From positions 2,074,662 to 2,138,661 of the forward strand of contig OY759724.1 in the NCBI GenBank assembly GCA_963662715.1: a stretch of DNA of 64,000 bases. Reading direction: 5' to 3'. Origin of the DNA: Candidatus Omnitrophota bacterium. GTDB lineage: Bacteria > Omnitrophota > Gorgyraeia > Zapsychrales > JANLHA01. How positions within the stretch are numbered: the first letter of the stretch is position 1; each line of letters starts with the position of its first letter. The notes below the pieces were generated by a model that ran no database searches, was not told the origin of the DNA, and saw only the letters and a list, made by a program, of their open reading frames with translations. The position numbers were made by a program, and so were the translations under genes. This document shows, piece by piece, positions 10,483 through 20,653 of the stretch.

Positions 10483-12384
10483 ATGTGCGGCATAAACGGA
10501 TTAAGTGGATTCCCGGAAGGGGCCGCGCTTGTCCAGAATATGAACCAGGCTATCAGGCACCGGGGGCCTGATGCCGAAGGCGTGTGGCAGGACGAGTGTT
10601 TGACGCTTGGGCATCGGCGGCTTTCGATTATCGACCTGTCTCCGGAGGCCAATCAGCCGATGGCGAGAGACGGTTTTATTATCGTTTATAACGGAGAAAT
10701 ATATAATTTCCGGGAATTAAGGGAAGATTTAAAACGAAAAGGAGCCCTTTTTAAGACGCGTTCGGATACCGAAGTCGTCCTGGAACTTTTTCGCCATTAT
10801 CGCGAGGAAAGTTTTTCTAAACTTCAGGGGATGTTTGCCTTTGGCCTCTACGATTGTAAGAATAAAGAATTGTATCTGGTCCGGGACTATTTTGGCATTA
10901 AACCTCTTTTCTACTGGCATGCGCCGCCTGACCGTTTGGCTTTCTCCTCGGAATGTAAATCGTTCCTGAATCTTCCGGGGTTCCGGAAGGAATTGAACCC
11001 CGGGGTTCTCGTCTCCTGCCTGAATTATCTTTGGCCGGCAGGGGATGAGGCTATTTTTAAGGATGTTTTCAAGGTCCCTCCGGCCCATTACCTGAAAGTG
11101 CGTTTTCAGCGTAACGGGATCGCTTTGACCCAAAGACGGTATTGGGAATGGCCGGATCCCCTTTTTTCTCCGGGGCCGGAGCAAGAACATATAGAGGCCT
11201 TATCCGCCATTCTTGAGAAGAGCGTTGAGGAACATCTTGTTTCCGATGTGCCTGTCGGAGCTTTTTTAAGCGGGGGGTTAGATTCTTCATTAATAACGAC
11301 GTTGGCCCGGAGGCATAATCCGGATTTGTCGACTTATACCATATCGATCTCGCGGAAAGCCCAGCAGGTGGAACGCATGCCGCGGGACAACTTTTATGCC
11401 CAGGCGGTGGCTTCGTATTTGGGTGTCCGTCATACAGATATTCCCGTAGAGCCTTCTGTGATCGACGCTTTGCAGAATATGGTTGAAATTTTGGACGAGC
11501 CGATCGGGGATCCGGCCGCAATTAATACTTATCTTATTTGCCGGCTGGCCCGGGAAAGAGGGATAAAAGTGCTTTTGTCCGGCATGGGGGCCGATGAAAT
11601 ATTTGCGGGGTACAGGAGGCATTATGCCACGCTCCTAAGCCGAAAAATACAGCGGTGCCCGGGGTTCATGAAAAAGGCCGTCTCCCGGACCCTTTCCGTT
11701 CTGCCGGTTCGTCTGGGCTCTTACGGCCTGCGGCCCGTCCGCTGGGCCAAGCGTTTTTTTTCTTTTGTCGACATGCCTTTCGCAGAAGCCTATATGCGCA
11801 GCTATTCCTATTATGACCGAAACGAGCTGAGAGAAATCTTTAACGGGCGGTATGATGCCGAGATTGATGAGCTATTCGATCACCATGACCGGCTTTTTAA
11901 CGACGCCAGAAACTGGGATGAGATCAATAGGATGTGTTTTACAGATATTCATATGTTCATGACGGGTTTGAATTTGACGTATACCGACCGGGCTTCTATG
12001 GCGGCTTCGGTGGAAGTCCGGGTGCCTTTTATTGACAAGAATGTTATAGAATGGGGCATGTCTTTGCCGGGTTCCTATAAGATTAAAAATAATACTTCAA
12101 AATATATTTTAAAGAAAGTGGCCGAACGGGATTTGCCGAAACGTATTGTTTACCGCCCCAAAGCTTCTTTCGGCATGCCTTTACGGGCTTGGATGAATGG
12201 AGAACTTCGGGAATTAGTGGACGATGTTTTATCTTATGATAATATAAAAAAGCGCGGGATTTTAAATCCTGACCTGGTCAGGACAATTATCCGAAGAGAC
12301 CGGGAAGGGCGGGAGGACCATGCGTACAGGATTTATCAATTTTTAACTTTGGAATTATGGTTGCGGAAAATCACCGGGGTATAG
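10483..12384 (+). CDS. asnB: asparagine synthase (glutamine-hydrolysing) family amidotransferase, AsnB-like
   Basis: N-terminal MCGI Ntn-glutaminase start and PP-loop SGGLDSS. 633 aa. Sits inside the polysaccharide locus, as do sugar-amidating AsnB homologs. Confidence 0.85.
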   Translation: MCGINGLSGFPEGAALVQNMNQAIRHRGPDAEGVWQDECLTLGHRRLSIIDLSPEANQPMARDGFIIVYNGEIYNFRELREDLKRKGALFKTRSDTEVVLELFRHYREESFSKLQGMFAFGLYDCKNKELYLVRDYFGIKPLFYWHAPPDRLAFSSECKSFLNLPGFRKELNPGVLVSCLNYLWPAGDEAIFKDVFKVPPAHYLKVRFQRNGIALTQRRYWEWPDPLFSPGPEQEHIEALSAILEKSVEEHLVSDVPVGAFLSGGLDSSLITTLARRHNPDLSTYTISISRKAQQVERMPRDNFYAQAVASYLGVRHTDIPVEPSVIDALQNMVEILDEPIGDPAAINTYLICRLARERGIKVLLSGMGADEIFAGYRRHYATLLSRKIQRCPGFMKKAVSRTLSVLPVRLGSYGLRPVRWAKRFFSFVDMPFAEAYMRSYSYYDRNELREIFNGRYDAEIDELFDHHDRLFNDARNWDEINRMCFTDIHMFMTGLNLTYTDRASMAASVEVRVPFIDKNVIEWGMSLPGSYKIKNNTSKYILKKVAERDLPKRIVYRPKASFGMPLRAWMNGELRELVDDVLSYDNIKKRGILNPDLVRTIIRRDREGREDHAYRIYQFLTLELWLRKITGV

Positions 12385-12465
12385 GAAAACAGGGAATTTT
12401 TTGGCCCCCGAACGCCAGGAAGCTCAGTGTTCCTGAAAAATAATTGCGAGGAGGTCTTTTGAGAT

Positions 12466-14610
12466 ATGAGACAGATTGTTCAAAACTTGAAAACCGGAGA
12501 GCTGATTTTAGAGAATGTCCCGGCGCCTTCCGGGCAGCCCGGCAAGGTGCTTGTACAGAACAGATATTCTCTGATCAGTGCCGGAACCGAACGCTCAACG
12601 GTTCATACCGGGAAATTGTCTCTGCTGGGAAAGGCTAAGAAGAGGCCGGATCTTGTCAAACAGGTTATGGCAAACATCCGGAAGGAAGGCCTGGCCTCGA
12701 CCATTCACAAAGTCAAAAATAAACTCAATTGGCCTAAAGCTTTGGGCTACAGCAGCTGTGGCATTGTTCTGGCTTCGGACCGGCAGGGCCTTTTTCAGGC
12801 CGGTGATCTTGTGGCCTGCGCCGGGCAGGATTATGCCTCTCATGCTGAGGTTGTCTGCGTCCCGCAGAACCTTACGGTTAAAGTGCCGCCAGGCGTGTCT
12901 CCCGAAGAAGCCTGTTTCACGACAGTGGGCGCCATTGCTTTGCAGGGTGTGCGGCAGGCGGATGTCCGGATCGGGGAAAAGGTCTGTGTTATCGGGCTGG
13001 GGCTTATCGGGCAGCTCACCGCTCAGATTCTCAAAGCCAACGGCTGTTTTGTGTTCGGGATCGATGTCAGCGATCATGCGCTGAAGCTGGCTGAGGATTT
13101 GGGGATACAGGCAGCGGCGCATAGAAAGGCGGCGCATCTTCATCAGAGTCTGAATGCCTTTGCCGGTCCGCACGGTTTTGATAAAGTGATTGTCGCGGCT
13201 TCGTGCCAGAATAATGATCCGGTCCTTTTGGCCGCGGAAGTGCTCCGGAAGAAAGGCCTCATGGTCGTGGTGGGCAACGTCCCGGTGGATATCCCCCGGG
13301 AACCGCATTTTTATAAGAAGGAACTGGAACTGAAAATGGCGACCTCCTACGGGCCGGGCCGGTATGATCCTTCTTATGAGGAGCACGGCCTGGATTATCC
13401 TTACCCCTATGTCAGGTTCACGGAAAACAGAAACATGGAGGTTTTCCTGCATTTAATCGTCCAGGGTATGGTGCAGGTCAAGCCGCTTATAAGCCATGTT
13501 TTCGACTTCGCCGAGGCTTTAAAGGCTTATGACGTGATCATGGAACAAAAAGAGCCGTATACCGGCATACTTTTAAAATATGATGAAAACAGCAGGGCCG
13601 TTGAAACGCGGCAGGTTGCTGTTCATCATGATCCGGTCAAGGCCATCAATGTCGGGTTTATCGGGGCGGGGAGTTTTGCCCAGGGACATCTTCTGCCTGC
13701 CTTGAAGCAATATGATGTTTCTCTCGATACGGTTGTCACGACACAGGGGGTTTCCGCCAAAAACGTCGCGGATAAATTCGGCTTTCGTACGGCTTCCACG
13801 GAGGCAGAGGCCGTATGCTCGGCCAAGGATATCAATACAGTATTCATTGCCACCCGGCACAACACGCATGCCGGTTTTGTTTTGAGATGCCTGGCAGCCC
13901 GGAAGCATATTTTTGTGGAGAAACCTTTATGCTTAACGGAGGACGACCTTAAAGAGATCGCGTCCTTAGGCCCGGGAGGGCGTTTGTTTATGGTGGGGTA
14001 CAACCGCCGTTTTGCCCCGCTGAGTGTTTATGTGAAGGAACATTTGCCGTCTGATATGCGTCCGGTCATGATGAATTTCAGAGTTAATGCCGGATATATC
14101 CCGGCAGAATCCTGGATACAGGACAAAGAGGTCGGGGGCGGCCGCATCCTCGGAGAACTTTGCCATTTTGTGGATCTGATGCTGTTTTTTTCCGGATCTG
14201 TCCCGCGCCGGGTTTCGGCTTTCGGGGTGACCCCGAGGGGCAAATGGCAGAGGGATGACAATCTTGTCGTACAGTTGGAATTCCAGAATGGCTCTGTAGG
14301 GCAGATTTTGTATACAGCCATGGGGTCCTCCCGGATGCCCAAAGAACATCTGGAGATTTTTGCCGGAGGGAGTTCTTTTGTCATCCATGATTTCCGGGAA
14401 GCTAAAATATTTGTTCAAGGCCGCGAATCAAACGTGCGCCGGCCGGGGAAAGGGCATAAAGAGGAAATCGCCGCCTTCATATCATCCCTGCGGGACGGGA
14501 CGGAAAGCCCTGTCCCCTTCGAACATATCCTTTCGGTGTCGCTGACAACTTTTAAGATTATAAAAAGCCTGGAAACCCAGTCATCACAACTGGTCGATAT
14601 TCATGAATGA
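12466..14610 (+). CDS. bi-domain oxidoreductase (zinc-type alcohol dehydrogenase/MDR domain fused to Gfo/Idh/MocA domain)
   Basis: N-terminal GroES-like ADH fold and MDR Rossmann motif (VIGLGLIGQL). C-terminal Gfo/Idh/MocA motif (VGFIGAGSFAQGHLLPAL...EKPL). Confidence 0.8.
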   Translation: MRQIVQNLKTGELILENVPAPSGQPGKVLVQNRYSLISAGTERSTVHTGKLSLLGKAKKRPDLVKQVMANIRKEGLASTIHKVKNKLNWPKALGYSSCGIVLASDRQGLFQAGDLVACAGQDYASHAEVVCVPQNLTVKVPPGVSPEEACFTTVGAIALQGVRQADVRIGEKVCVIGLGLIGQLTAQILKANGCFVFGIDVSDHALKLAEDLGIQAAAHRKAAHLHQSLNAFAGPHGFDKVIVAASCQNNDPVLLAAEVLRKKGLMVVVGNVPVDIPREPHFYKKELELKMATSYGPGRYDPSYEEHGLDYPYPYVRFTENRNMEVFLHLIVQGMVQVKPLISHVFDFAEALKAYDVIMEQKEPYTGILLKYDENSRAVETRQVAVHHDPVKAINVGFIGAGSFAQGHLLPALKQYDVSLDTVVTTQGVSAKNVADKFGFRTASTEAEAVCSAKDINTVFIATRHNTHAGFVLRCLAARKHIFVEKPLCLTEDDLKEIASLGPGGRLFMVGYNRRFAPLSVYVKEHLPSDMRPVMMNFRVNAGYIPAESWIQDKEVGGGRILGELCHFVDLMLFFSGSVPRRVSAFGVTPRGKWQRDDNLVVQLEFQNGSVGQILYTAMGSSRMPKEHLEIFAGGSSFVIHDFREAKIFVQGRESNVRRPGKGHKEEIAAFISSLRDGTESPVPFEHILSVSLTTFKIIKSLETQSSQLVDIHE

Positions 14611-15805
14611 CATTTATGAGTCTTTGGTTCGTTTAAAGGATTATTGTCAAAAGGCCGGTTATCAAGGATGGGATCCTTTTGACGGGTTGAATTCTGCCTT
14701 TTTTCAGGCATCTTTTTTAAGAAATTCCCCTTTGTTTCGGATGTGCTGGATTCAGTTCTTTAAGCGAAGCCCGGTTAACCTGCGGTCGGTCTTTCGTGTC
14801 CCCAAAGGATTCAATCCTAAAGGCATAGCTTTGTTCTTGCGCGGTTATGTCTGTCTGGCCCGGGCTTTTCAGGATGAAGCGGATTTCGCGGTTATTCGTT
14901 CCCTCGCGGAGACATTGCGTAATTCTGTTTCGGCCGGATACTCCGGGTCTTGCTGGGGATATAACTTCGACTGGCAGTCCCGGGCTTTTTTTGTCCCCCG
15001 CGGAACCCCGAATGTGATCGTCTCGACTTTTGCGGGACATGCTTTACTGGATGTTTATGAACTTCAGGGGGAAAAAAAATTCATGCAGATGGCGGTGTCT
15101 GTCAGCGATTTTATCCGGCAGGATTTAAACCGCCAGGAGGATCAGCACGGCGGAATGTGTTTCTCCTACACGCCTTTAGATCACTCACGGATTTTCAACG
15201 CATCTCTTTTGGCGTCGGCTTTTTTAGCCCGGGTTTACCGTTTAACCCGCGACCCCGCGCTTTTTATTGACGCCCAGAGGTCCGTGTCTTTTTGCTGCCG
15301 GCAGCAAAATGCCGACGGCAGCTGGTTTTACGGTATGAACCCGAATCAGCGATGGATCGACAGCTTCCATACGGCGTATAATCTGGAGGCCCTTTTTCAA
15401 TATCAGGATTGGACGGGAGATGATCAGTTTCAGGGATTTTTTGAAAAGGGTTTTTCTTATTATGCGAAAAATTTCTTTACCGAAGAAGGGGTCCCTAAAT
15501 ATTATCACAATCGTATTTATCCTGTTGATGTTCATTCCACGGCCGGCCTGATTTCTCTTATGCTGATATCCGGCCGTCATGCCCGATATGCTGATCTGAA
15601 TAAAAATGTATTGAAGTGGACAATTCGGCATATGCAGTCTAAAATAGGATACTTTTATTACCAAATTCACAAATGGTGCAAGATTGACATCCCGTATATC
15701 CGCTGGACGCAGGCATGGATGTTTTATGCGTTGAGCTTTTACGTGTATTATCTGAAAAAGAACCGTTTGGCTTTTTCATCCGAAGGAGATTGTCAGGAAG
15801 AATGA
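14603..15805 (+). CDS. hypothetical protein (400 aa), possibly a polysaccharide-modifying enzyme; function unknown
   Basis: Clean ORF overlapping both neighbours (8 nt upstream, ATGA downstream). No signal peptide or TM. Trp/Tyr/Phe-rich. No family recognised by eye. Confidence 0.55.
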   Translation: MNDIYESLVRLKDYCQKAGYQGWDPFDGLNSAFFQASFLRNSPLFRMCWIQFFKRSPVNLRSVFRVPKGFNPKGIALFLRGYVCLARAFQDEADFAVIRSLAETLRNSVSAGYSGSCWGYNFDWQSRAFFVPRGTPNVIVSTFAGHALLDVYELQGEKKFMQMAVSVSDFIRQDLNRQEDQHGGMCFSYTPLDHSRIFNASLLASAFLARVYRLTRDPALFIDAQRSVSFCCRQQNADGSWFYGMNPNQRWIDSFHTAYNLEALFQYQDWTGDDQFQGFFEKGFSYYAKNFFTEEGVPKYYHNRIYPVDVHSTAGLISLMLISGRHARYADLNKNVLKWTIRHMQSKIGYFYYQIHKWCKIDIPYIRWTQAWMFYALSFYVYYLKKNRLAFSSEGDCQEE

Positions 15806-16911
15806 CACGAAGAAAAAAAGTCGTTTTTGTCGCCGGGGCCAGACCGAATTTCATGAAAATTGCCTGTCTGCTTAAGGAATGCCGCAAGTATAAGGCGATC
15901 CGGGCTATTGTTGTCCATTCCGGCCAGCATTATGATAACGAGATGTCGGAACAGTTTTTTAAAGATTTGGACATTGCTCCTCCCCGGTATTTTCTGGGGG
16001 TCGGGTCAGGGAGCCATGCCGAGCAGACAGGTCGTGTGATGGTGGCCTTCGAAAAGATCTGCCAAAAGGAGCGTCCCGATTACGTTGTGGTCGTCGGTGA
16101 TGTCAACTCCACGGTCGCGGCCTGCCTGGCCGCCAAGAAATGTCATATCCGCGTAGCCCATATCGAAGCAGGGTTGAGAAGTTTTGATATGGCGATGCCG
16201 GAAGAGATCAACCGCATGGTGACCGACAGTATTTCCGATGACCTCTTTGTCACGGAACAGAGCGGTGTCACCCATTTACGGAAAGAGGGGCATGCTGCGA
16301 AGAAAATTCATTTTGTCGGAAACACCATGATAGACAGCCTTATCCTGGCGATGAAAAAGATTCAACGTATGGACCCGCGGTCCTGGACGAGTTATCCTTT
16401 GCAGGAACAGTTGTCTTCTTATGGCTTGCTGACTCTGCACCGGCCCAGCAATGTTGACAGCAAAACGCAGCTTAAGCGATTGCTGGCTGTGGTTGATCAA
16501 GTGGCCCAGGAGATTCCCATCATATTCCCTGCGCATCCCCGGACCCGTAAAAGCATCAGAGAGTTTAAAGTTAAATTATCAAAGAATATTCATCTTACCC
16601 ATCCGTTAGGCTATTTGGAGTTTATCTTTTTATGCCAGAAAGCCGGATTCATTTTGACGGACAGCGGGGGGATTCAGGAAGAGACGACCTTTTTGAAAGT
16701 CCCCTGTTTCACTCTGAGGGCCAACACGGAACGTCCGGTCACTCTTGAAAAAGGGACGAACATCCTTGTCGGAAATAACATAGAGCAAATTCCCCGCCTC
16801 GTTCATCAGGTCCTCCGCGGTCAGTCCCGGGCGGGCCAGACGCCCCCTTTATGGGACGGGAGGGCCTCTCAGCGGATCATAAAAATTTTGGTGCGGAAAT
16901 TAATGATATGA
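15802..16911 (+). CDS. wecB: UDP-N-acetylglucosamine 2-epimerase (non-hydrolysing)
   Basis: ATG at 15802 shares ATGA with the upstream stop. Conserved blocks VAGARPNFMKIA, HSGQHYD, HIEAGLRSFD, FILTDSGGIQEE. Confidence 0.9.
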   Translation: MTRRKKVVFVAGARPNFMKIACLLKECRKYKAIRAIVVHSGQHYDNEMSEQFFKDLDIAPPRYFLGVGSGSHAEQTGRVMVAFEKICQKERPDYVVVVGDVNSTVAACLAAKKCHIRVAHIEAGLRSFDMAMPEEINRMVTDSISDDLFVTEQSGVTHLRKEGHAAKKIHFVGNTMIDSLILAMKKIQRMDPRSWTSYPLQEQLSSYGLLTLHRPSNVDSKTQLKRLLAVVDQVAQEIPIIFPAHPRTRKSIREFKVKLSKNIHLTHPLGYLEFIFLCQKAGFILTDSGGIQEETTFLKVPCFTLRANTERPVTLEKGTNILVGNNIEQIPRLVHQVLRGQSRAGQTPPLWDGRASQRIIKILVRKLMI

Positions 16912-17681
16912 TAAGAGAGAGACGGATTAATATCCTGGACTGCCCCATTGATAACCTGAGCCGTAAAGAAACGGTGGCTCTGATTGAAGATATGATCCGT
17001 CAACGGCTCTCTTGCCAGCATGTCGTTATTAATGTTGACAAGCTTTTAAAAGTGCGGCGGGACCGGAAACTTCATGATATTATTTCTCAGTGCGACATCA
17101 TTAATGCTGACGGCATGCCGATTGTCTGGGTTTCCCGTTGGCTGGGCCAGCCTTTGCCGGAAAGGGTGGCCGGTATTGATCTGATGCATGATCTGGTGTC
17201 GTTGTCTGCGCAAAAGAACTATAGGATCTTTTTCCTGGGAGCCCGGCAGGATGTTGTGCAAGCCGTTGTCGGGAAATATCGGATGCTGTACCCGGACATT
17301 AACATTGTGGGGTTCCGGAACGGATACTGGCCGGAATCGGAAGAGGAAGACGTGGTTAACGAAATCAGAGCCGCGGCCCCGGATATCCTTTTTGTCGCGA
17401 TGAGCTCCCCGAAAAAGGAAATGTTTTTAAACAGATACCGGCAGAAACTTCGTGTCCCTTTTGTTATGGGCGTCGGAGGCAGCTTTGACGTGGTGGCCGG
17501 ATATACGCAACGGGCTCCCCTTTGGATGCAACGGCGTGGTCTGGAATGGCTGTTCCGTCTTATGCAGGAACCGAAACGCATGTGGAGACGATATTTGATC
17601 GGTAACACGCAATTTGTTTTTATCGTGGCCCGCGAGATGTTTGGTCCCAAGGCCAGAAGAAACAGCCCGCAGCATCAGTAA
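16908..17681 (+). CDS. WecB/TagA/CpsF family glycosyltransferase (GT26, N-acetylmannosaminyl(uronic acid) transferase-like)
   Basis: GT26 blocks GIDLMHDLV, YRIFFLGA, FVAMSSPKKE, GVGGSFD, RRGLEWLFRL. ATGA overlap with the wecB stop. Confidence 0.85.
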   Translation: MIRERRINILDCPIDNLSRKETVALIEDMIRQRLSCQHVVINVDKLLKVRRDRKLHDIISQCDIINADGMPIVWVSRWLGQPLPERVAGIDLMHDLVSLSAQKNYRIFFLGARQDVVQAVVGKYRMLYPDINIVGFRNGYWPESEEEDVVNEIRAAAPDILFVAMSSPKKEMFLNRYRQKLRVPFVMGVGGSFDVVAGYTQRAPLWMQRRGLEWLFRLMQEPKRMWRRYLIGNTQFVFIVAREMFGPKARRNSPQHQ

Positions 17682-17740
17682 GAATTTTATCCTGTTGCGC
17701 CCACGCGCTATTTTATTATCCCTCTACAATATAAAATAAG

Positions 17741-17810
17741 CCTGCCGTTCCTTCCCGTTCCGGATGGGGAAAAACTCCGGAACAGGAAAAATTATTGGCA
17801 GGTGTTTTGA
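17741..17810 (+). terminator. nested GC-rich hairpin followed by a U-rich tract after the wecG-like gene
   Basis: CCTGCC..GTTCCGGA-loop-TCCGGAAC..GGCAGG then TGTTTTG. The U-tract is weak. Confidence 0.3.
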
Positions 17811-17833
17811 AAAATGCTGTATGGATGTATAAT
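17807..17833 (+). promoter_or_regulatory. candidate sigma70 promoter for the sugar-transferase operon
   Basis: TTGAAA -35 at 17807..17812, TATAAT -10 at 17828..17833 (15-nt spacer, TG just upstream) in an AT-rich 230-nt intergenic region. Confidence 0.3.
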
Positions 17834-17913
17834 TGATATTGCGAAATTAAAAATGAATAGGTAAAATGTAACATTATTAAAATTTATCATTCTAATACTA
17901 ATAATCTTTTTGT

Positions 17914-19323
17914 ATGATCACTTCCATCAGAAAAATCTATCCTCTTTATATCTTCATTGATTTTGTCTTGATCTGGAGCAGTTTTATCATTCCGTATTTT
18001 TTAAAATACAACGCCATTACGGATATTTTCCGGGTGATCACGCTGCCCAACCTTGATCAGTATATTTTTATCTTCGTTCTTTGGACGATATTTATCGTCA
18101 GTTTTTTTCAGGGAAAAGGTCTTTACGCCACGGACCGGAGCCTGCCCATCCCCAAAGAAATGGCGCGGGTGGCCTTAAATCTTTTTTATGTCAGCGTGAT
18201 CATGGCCGCCATCATATTTTTCGCTCAGTATAAATTTTTTTCCCGGAAGGTCTTCCTGGAGAACTTTTTGTCTTTATGTTTTTTGCTGGGAGGGTGGAGG
18301 GTCATCAAGAGGCTTATTCTGCGCAAGCTGATCGCCGGCGGCTTTCATAATATTAATGTCTTGATTGTCGGGGCCGGAAAAGTCGGGGGCGTCGTTCTGG
18401 AGGAAATCCGGCAGAATCCGCAGTGGGGATTCCATATTGTCGGATTCCTGGACGATCGTAAAGAGGAAATCGACGGATTCCCTGTCCTCGGGAAGGTGCG
18501 GGACTTTCCCTCGGTGGCCCGGAAACACTTTGTCGATGAAATTGTTGTGACAATCCCGTCTGTGCGGGAACTTATCGGGGATATTATCAAGAAGGCCAAA
18601 ACCATGCATCTCGGGGTGAGAATCGTTCCGGAGAATTTTGAAGGGCCGCTGTCTTTTATCGAAATCAATTATATGGGCATCATTCCCTTGCTGACATATA
18701 AACAGCGGAAACATCATCCTACGGAGTTTGCCCTTAAACGGCTGTTTGATATCATGCTGTCATTCGTGTTTATTGTTTTGTCATCCCCTTTATTTGTTGT
18801 TATCTCCCTTTTGATTAAATGGGATTCTCCGGGGCCGGTTTTTTATGTCCAACAGAGGGTCGGATTAAAAGGGAAGCGTTTTAATCTGTTTAAATTCCGT
18901 TCCATGTTCGATGGCGCTGAGCAAATGAAGTCCAGACTGTTAAATAATAATGAAGTGAAAGACGGTGTTATTTTTAAAATGAAAAAGGATCCCCGGGTCA
19001 CCCGTTTCGGGAAGTTGTTGCGGAAGTACAGCCTGGATGAATTGCCGCAGCTTTTTAATGTTTTTAAAGGGGACATGAGCCTGGTCGGCCCCCGGCCGCC
19101 GACCCCGGATGAGGTTGAACAATATCAACAGCAGGATTTGCAGCGCTTGTCCATCCGGCCGGGTGTTACGTGCATTTCTCAGGTCCGGGGCCGAAGCGAC
19201 CTGTCGTTTAAAAGATGGGTTAAATGGGATTTGTGGTATATCAATAACTGGTCTTTTGGTTTAGATATGCAGATTCTGCTGTGGACCGTGCCCGCCGTCA
19301 TAAAAGGAAAAGGAGCTTACTGA
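17914..19323 (+). CDS. exopolysaccharide/O-antigen initiating polyprenyl-phosphate glycosyl-1-phosphate transferase (bacterial sugar transferase family, WbaP/EpsB-like)
   Basis: N-terminal TM helices, NAD-binding-like middle domain, C-terminal sugar-transferase blocks KRLFDI, SPGPVFYVQQRVG, FNLFKFRSM, DELPQLFNVFKGDMSLVGPRP. Confidence 0.9.
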   Translation: MITSIRKIYPLYIFIDFVLIWSSFIIPYFLKYNAITDIFRVITLPNLDQYIFIFVLWTIFIVSFFQGKGLYATDRSLPIPKEMARVALNLFYVSVIMAAIIFFAQYKFFSRKVFLENFLSLCFLLGGWRVIKRLILRKLIAGGFHNINVLIVGAGKVGGVVLEEIRQNPQWGFHIVGFLDDRKEEIDGFPVLGKVRDFPSVARKHFVDEIVVTIPSVRELIGDIIKKAKTMHLGVRIVPENFEGPLSFIEINYMGIIPLLTYKQRKHHPTEFALKRLFDIMLSFVFIVLSSPLFVVISLLIKWDSPGPVFYVQQRVGLKGKRFNLFKFRSMFDGAEQMKSRLLNNNEVKDGVIFKMKKDPRVTRFGKLLRKYSLDELPQLFNVFKGDMSLVGPRPPTPDEVEQYQQQDLQRLSIRPGVTCISQVRGRSDLSFKRWVKWDLWYINNWSFGLDMQILLWTVPAVIKGKGAY

Positions 19324-19335
19324 TGCTGGAAAGGC

Positions 19336-20637
19336 GTGGACAGGTCAATGGCCGGAAATATTAATGTCTCTGCCATCATCCGTTTCTTGCTGTTCGGCCT
19401 TATTGTCTGCCTGCCTTATAGCAAAGCTATTATTGAGACATGTGTCATTCTTTCCCTGGTGCTCTGGTTCTCAGTGCGCCTGAAGCTTCTCGTTCATCCC
19501 AAAGGCCCTGACCGGCAGGGGGGGGCTTCCCGGAGCTGGGGTGATGTTATAAAACCTCCTCCAACACCCCTCAACACAGCGATTTTGTTTTTTGTCATCA
19601 TTTGTTTGTGTTCTGCCGTTTTCAGCATTAATCCCGCGAAATCTTTCCATGGTTTTATCACAAAAACGCTGGAATGGTTTGCCGTATTTTATCTCATGGT
19701 CGGGGTCTTTACGACCAAGAGACAGCTGGCCACGGCGGTTGTCCTTTATCTTGCGACATCATGCGTGACGTGTTTGGACGGCATCGTGCAATTTTACTGG
19801 TTAGGGCATGACGTGATCCGTCAGCGTTTGTTGATCCGGGACGGAGCCACAGCTGCTTTCTCTCATCCCAACAGCCTTGCCGGTTATCTGACCATTGTCG
19901 TGCCCTGCGTATTTTCCCTGTGTTTTTCCCCGGGGCTAAAAGTAAGGCTTCGTCTGGCGTTAATGTCTTTGTGGAGTATTATGAGCTGGGCCTTGATCCT
20001 GACCTTCTCCCGGTCGGGCATTTTCGCCGGTCTGGCGGGGGTCCTGTTTTTTATTTGCCATAAGAGCAAGCCCGTATTTATCTGGATATGTATTCTCGCC
20101 GTTTTGCTCGCCGGAAGTTTTTTGCGTTTTGCGCCTCATGAGGTCCGCAAGCGTACGCGTACCCGGCCGGAAATTGTTTCGGATGATGTGAAATGGCGGT
20201 GGCATCTCTGGCAGGACAGCTTGGCTTTGGTCCGGGAGAGGCCGTGGGTGGGCCACGGATTGAATACTTATATGGATCTGATACATCGCAAAAGACCTGA
20301 TGCGGCTCCGGTTTATGCACATAACTGTTACGTTCAAATCATGGTGGAAACCGGCGTTCTGGGCCTGGCAGGTTTCCTGTGGATCCTGTTCGCCCTTGGA
20401 AAAGCCGTATTCGGAAGCCTGTCAAGCCCGACGGACCGTGTTGCCGACCGGCGGCTATCAGGCCTTATTCTAGGTTTGTATTCAGGGGTGGTCGCGTTTT
20501 TGGTCCACAGCTTTTTTGAAGTCCATTTTTATTCTTTGCAACTATCAGTTTACTTTTGGCTTATTGCCGGTATACTAATCTCTGGAATCTCTATGCAGAC
20601 GCATTATAAGAAATGTGAAGAAAATATTATTATTTGA
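19336..20637 (+). CDS. O-antigen ligase / Wzy-like membrane protein (paralog 2)
   Basis: Polytopic. Wzy_C motif HGLNTYMDL...[21 protein letters not shown]. Confidence 0.75.
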   Translation: MDRSMAGNINVSAIIRFLLFGLIVCLPYSKAIIETCVILSLVLWFSVRLKLLVHPKGPDRQGGASRSWGDVIKPPPTPLNTAILFFVIICLCSAVFSINPAKSFHGFITKTLEWFAVFYLMVGVFTTKRQLATAVVLYLATSCVTCLDGIVQFYWLGHDVIRQRLLIRDGATAAFSHPNSLAGYLTIVVPCVFSLCFSPGLKVRLRLALMSLWSIMSWALILTFSRSGIFAGLAGVLFFICHKSKPVFIWICILAVLLAGSFLRFAPHEVRKRTRTRPEIVSDDVKWRWHLWQDSLALVRERPWVGHGLNTYMDLIHRKRPDAAPVYAHNCYVQIMVETGVLGLAGFLWILFALGKAVFGSLSSPTDRVADRRLSGLILGLYSGVVAFLVHSFFEVHFYSLQLSVYFWLIAGILISGISMQTHYKKCEENIII

Positions 20638-20653
20638 AGAGGGAGGCTCATCC

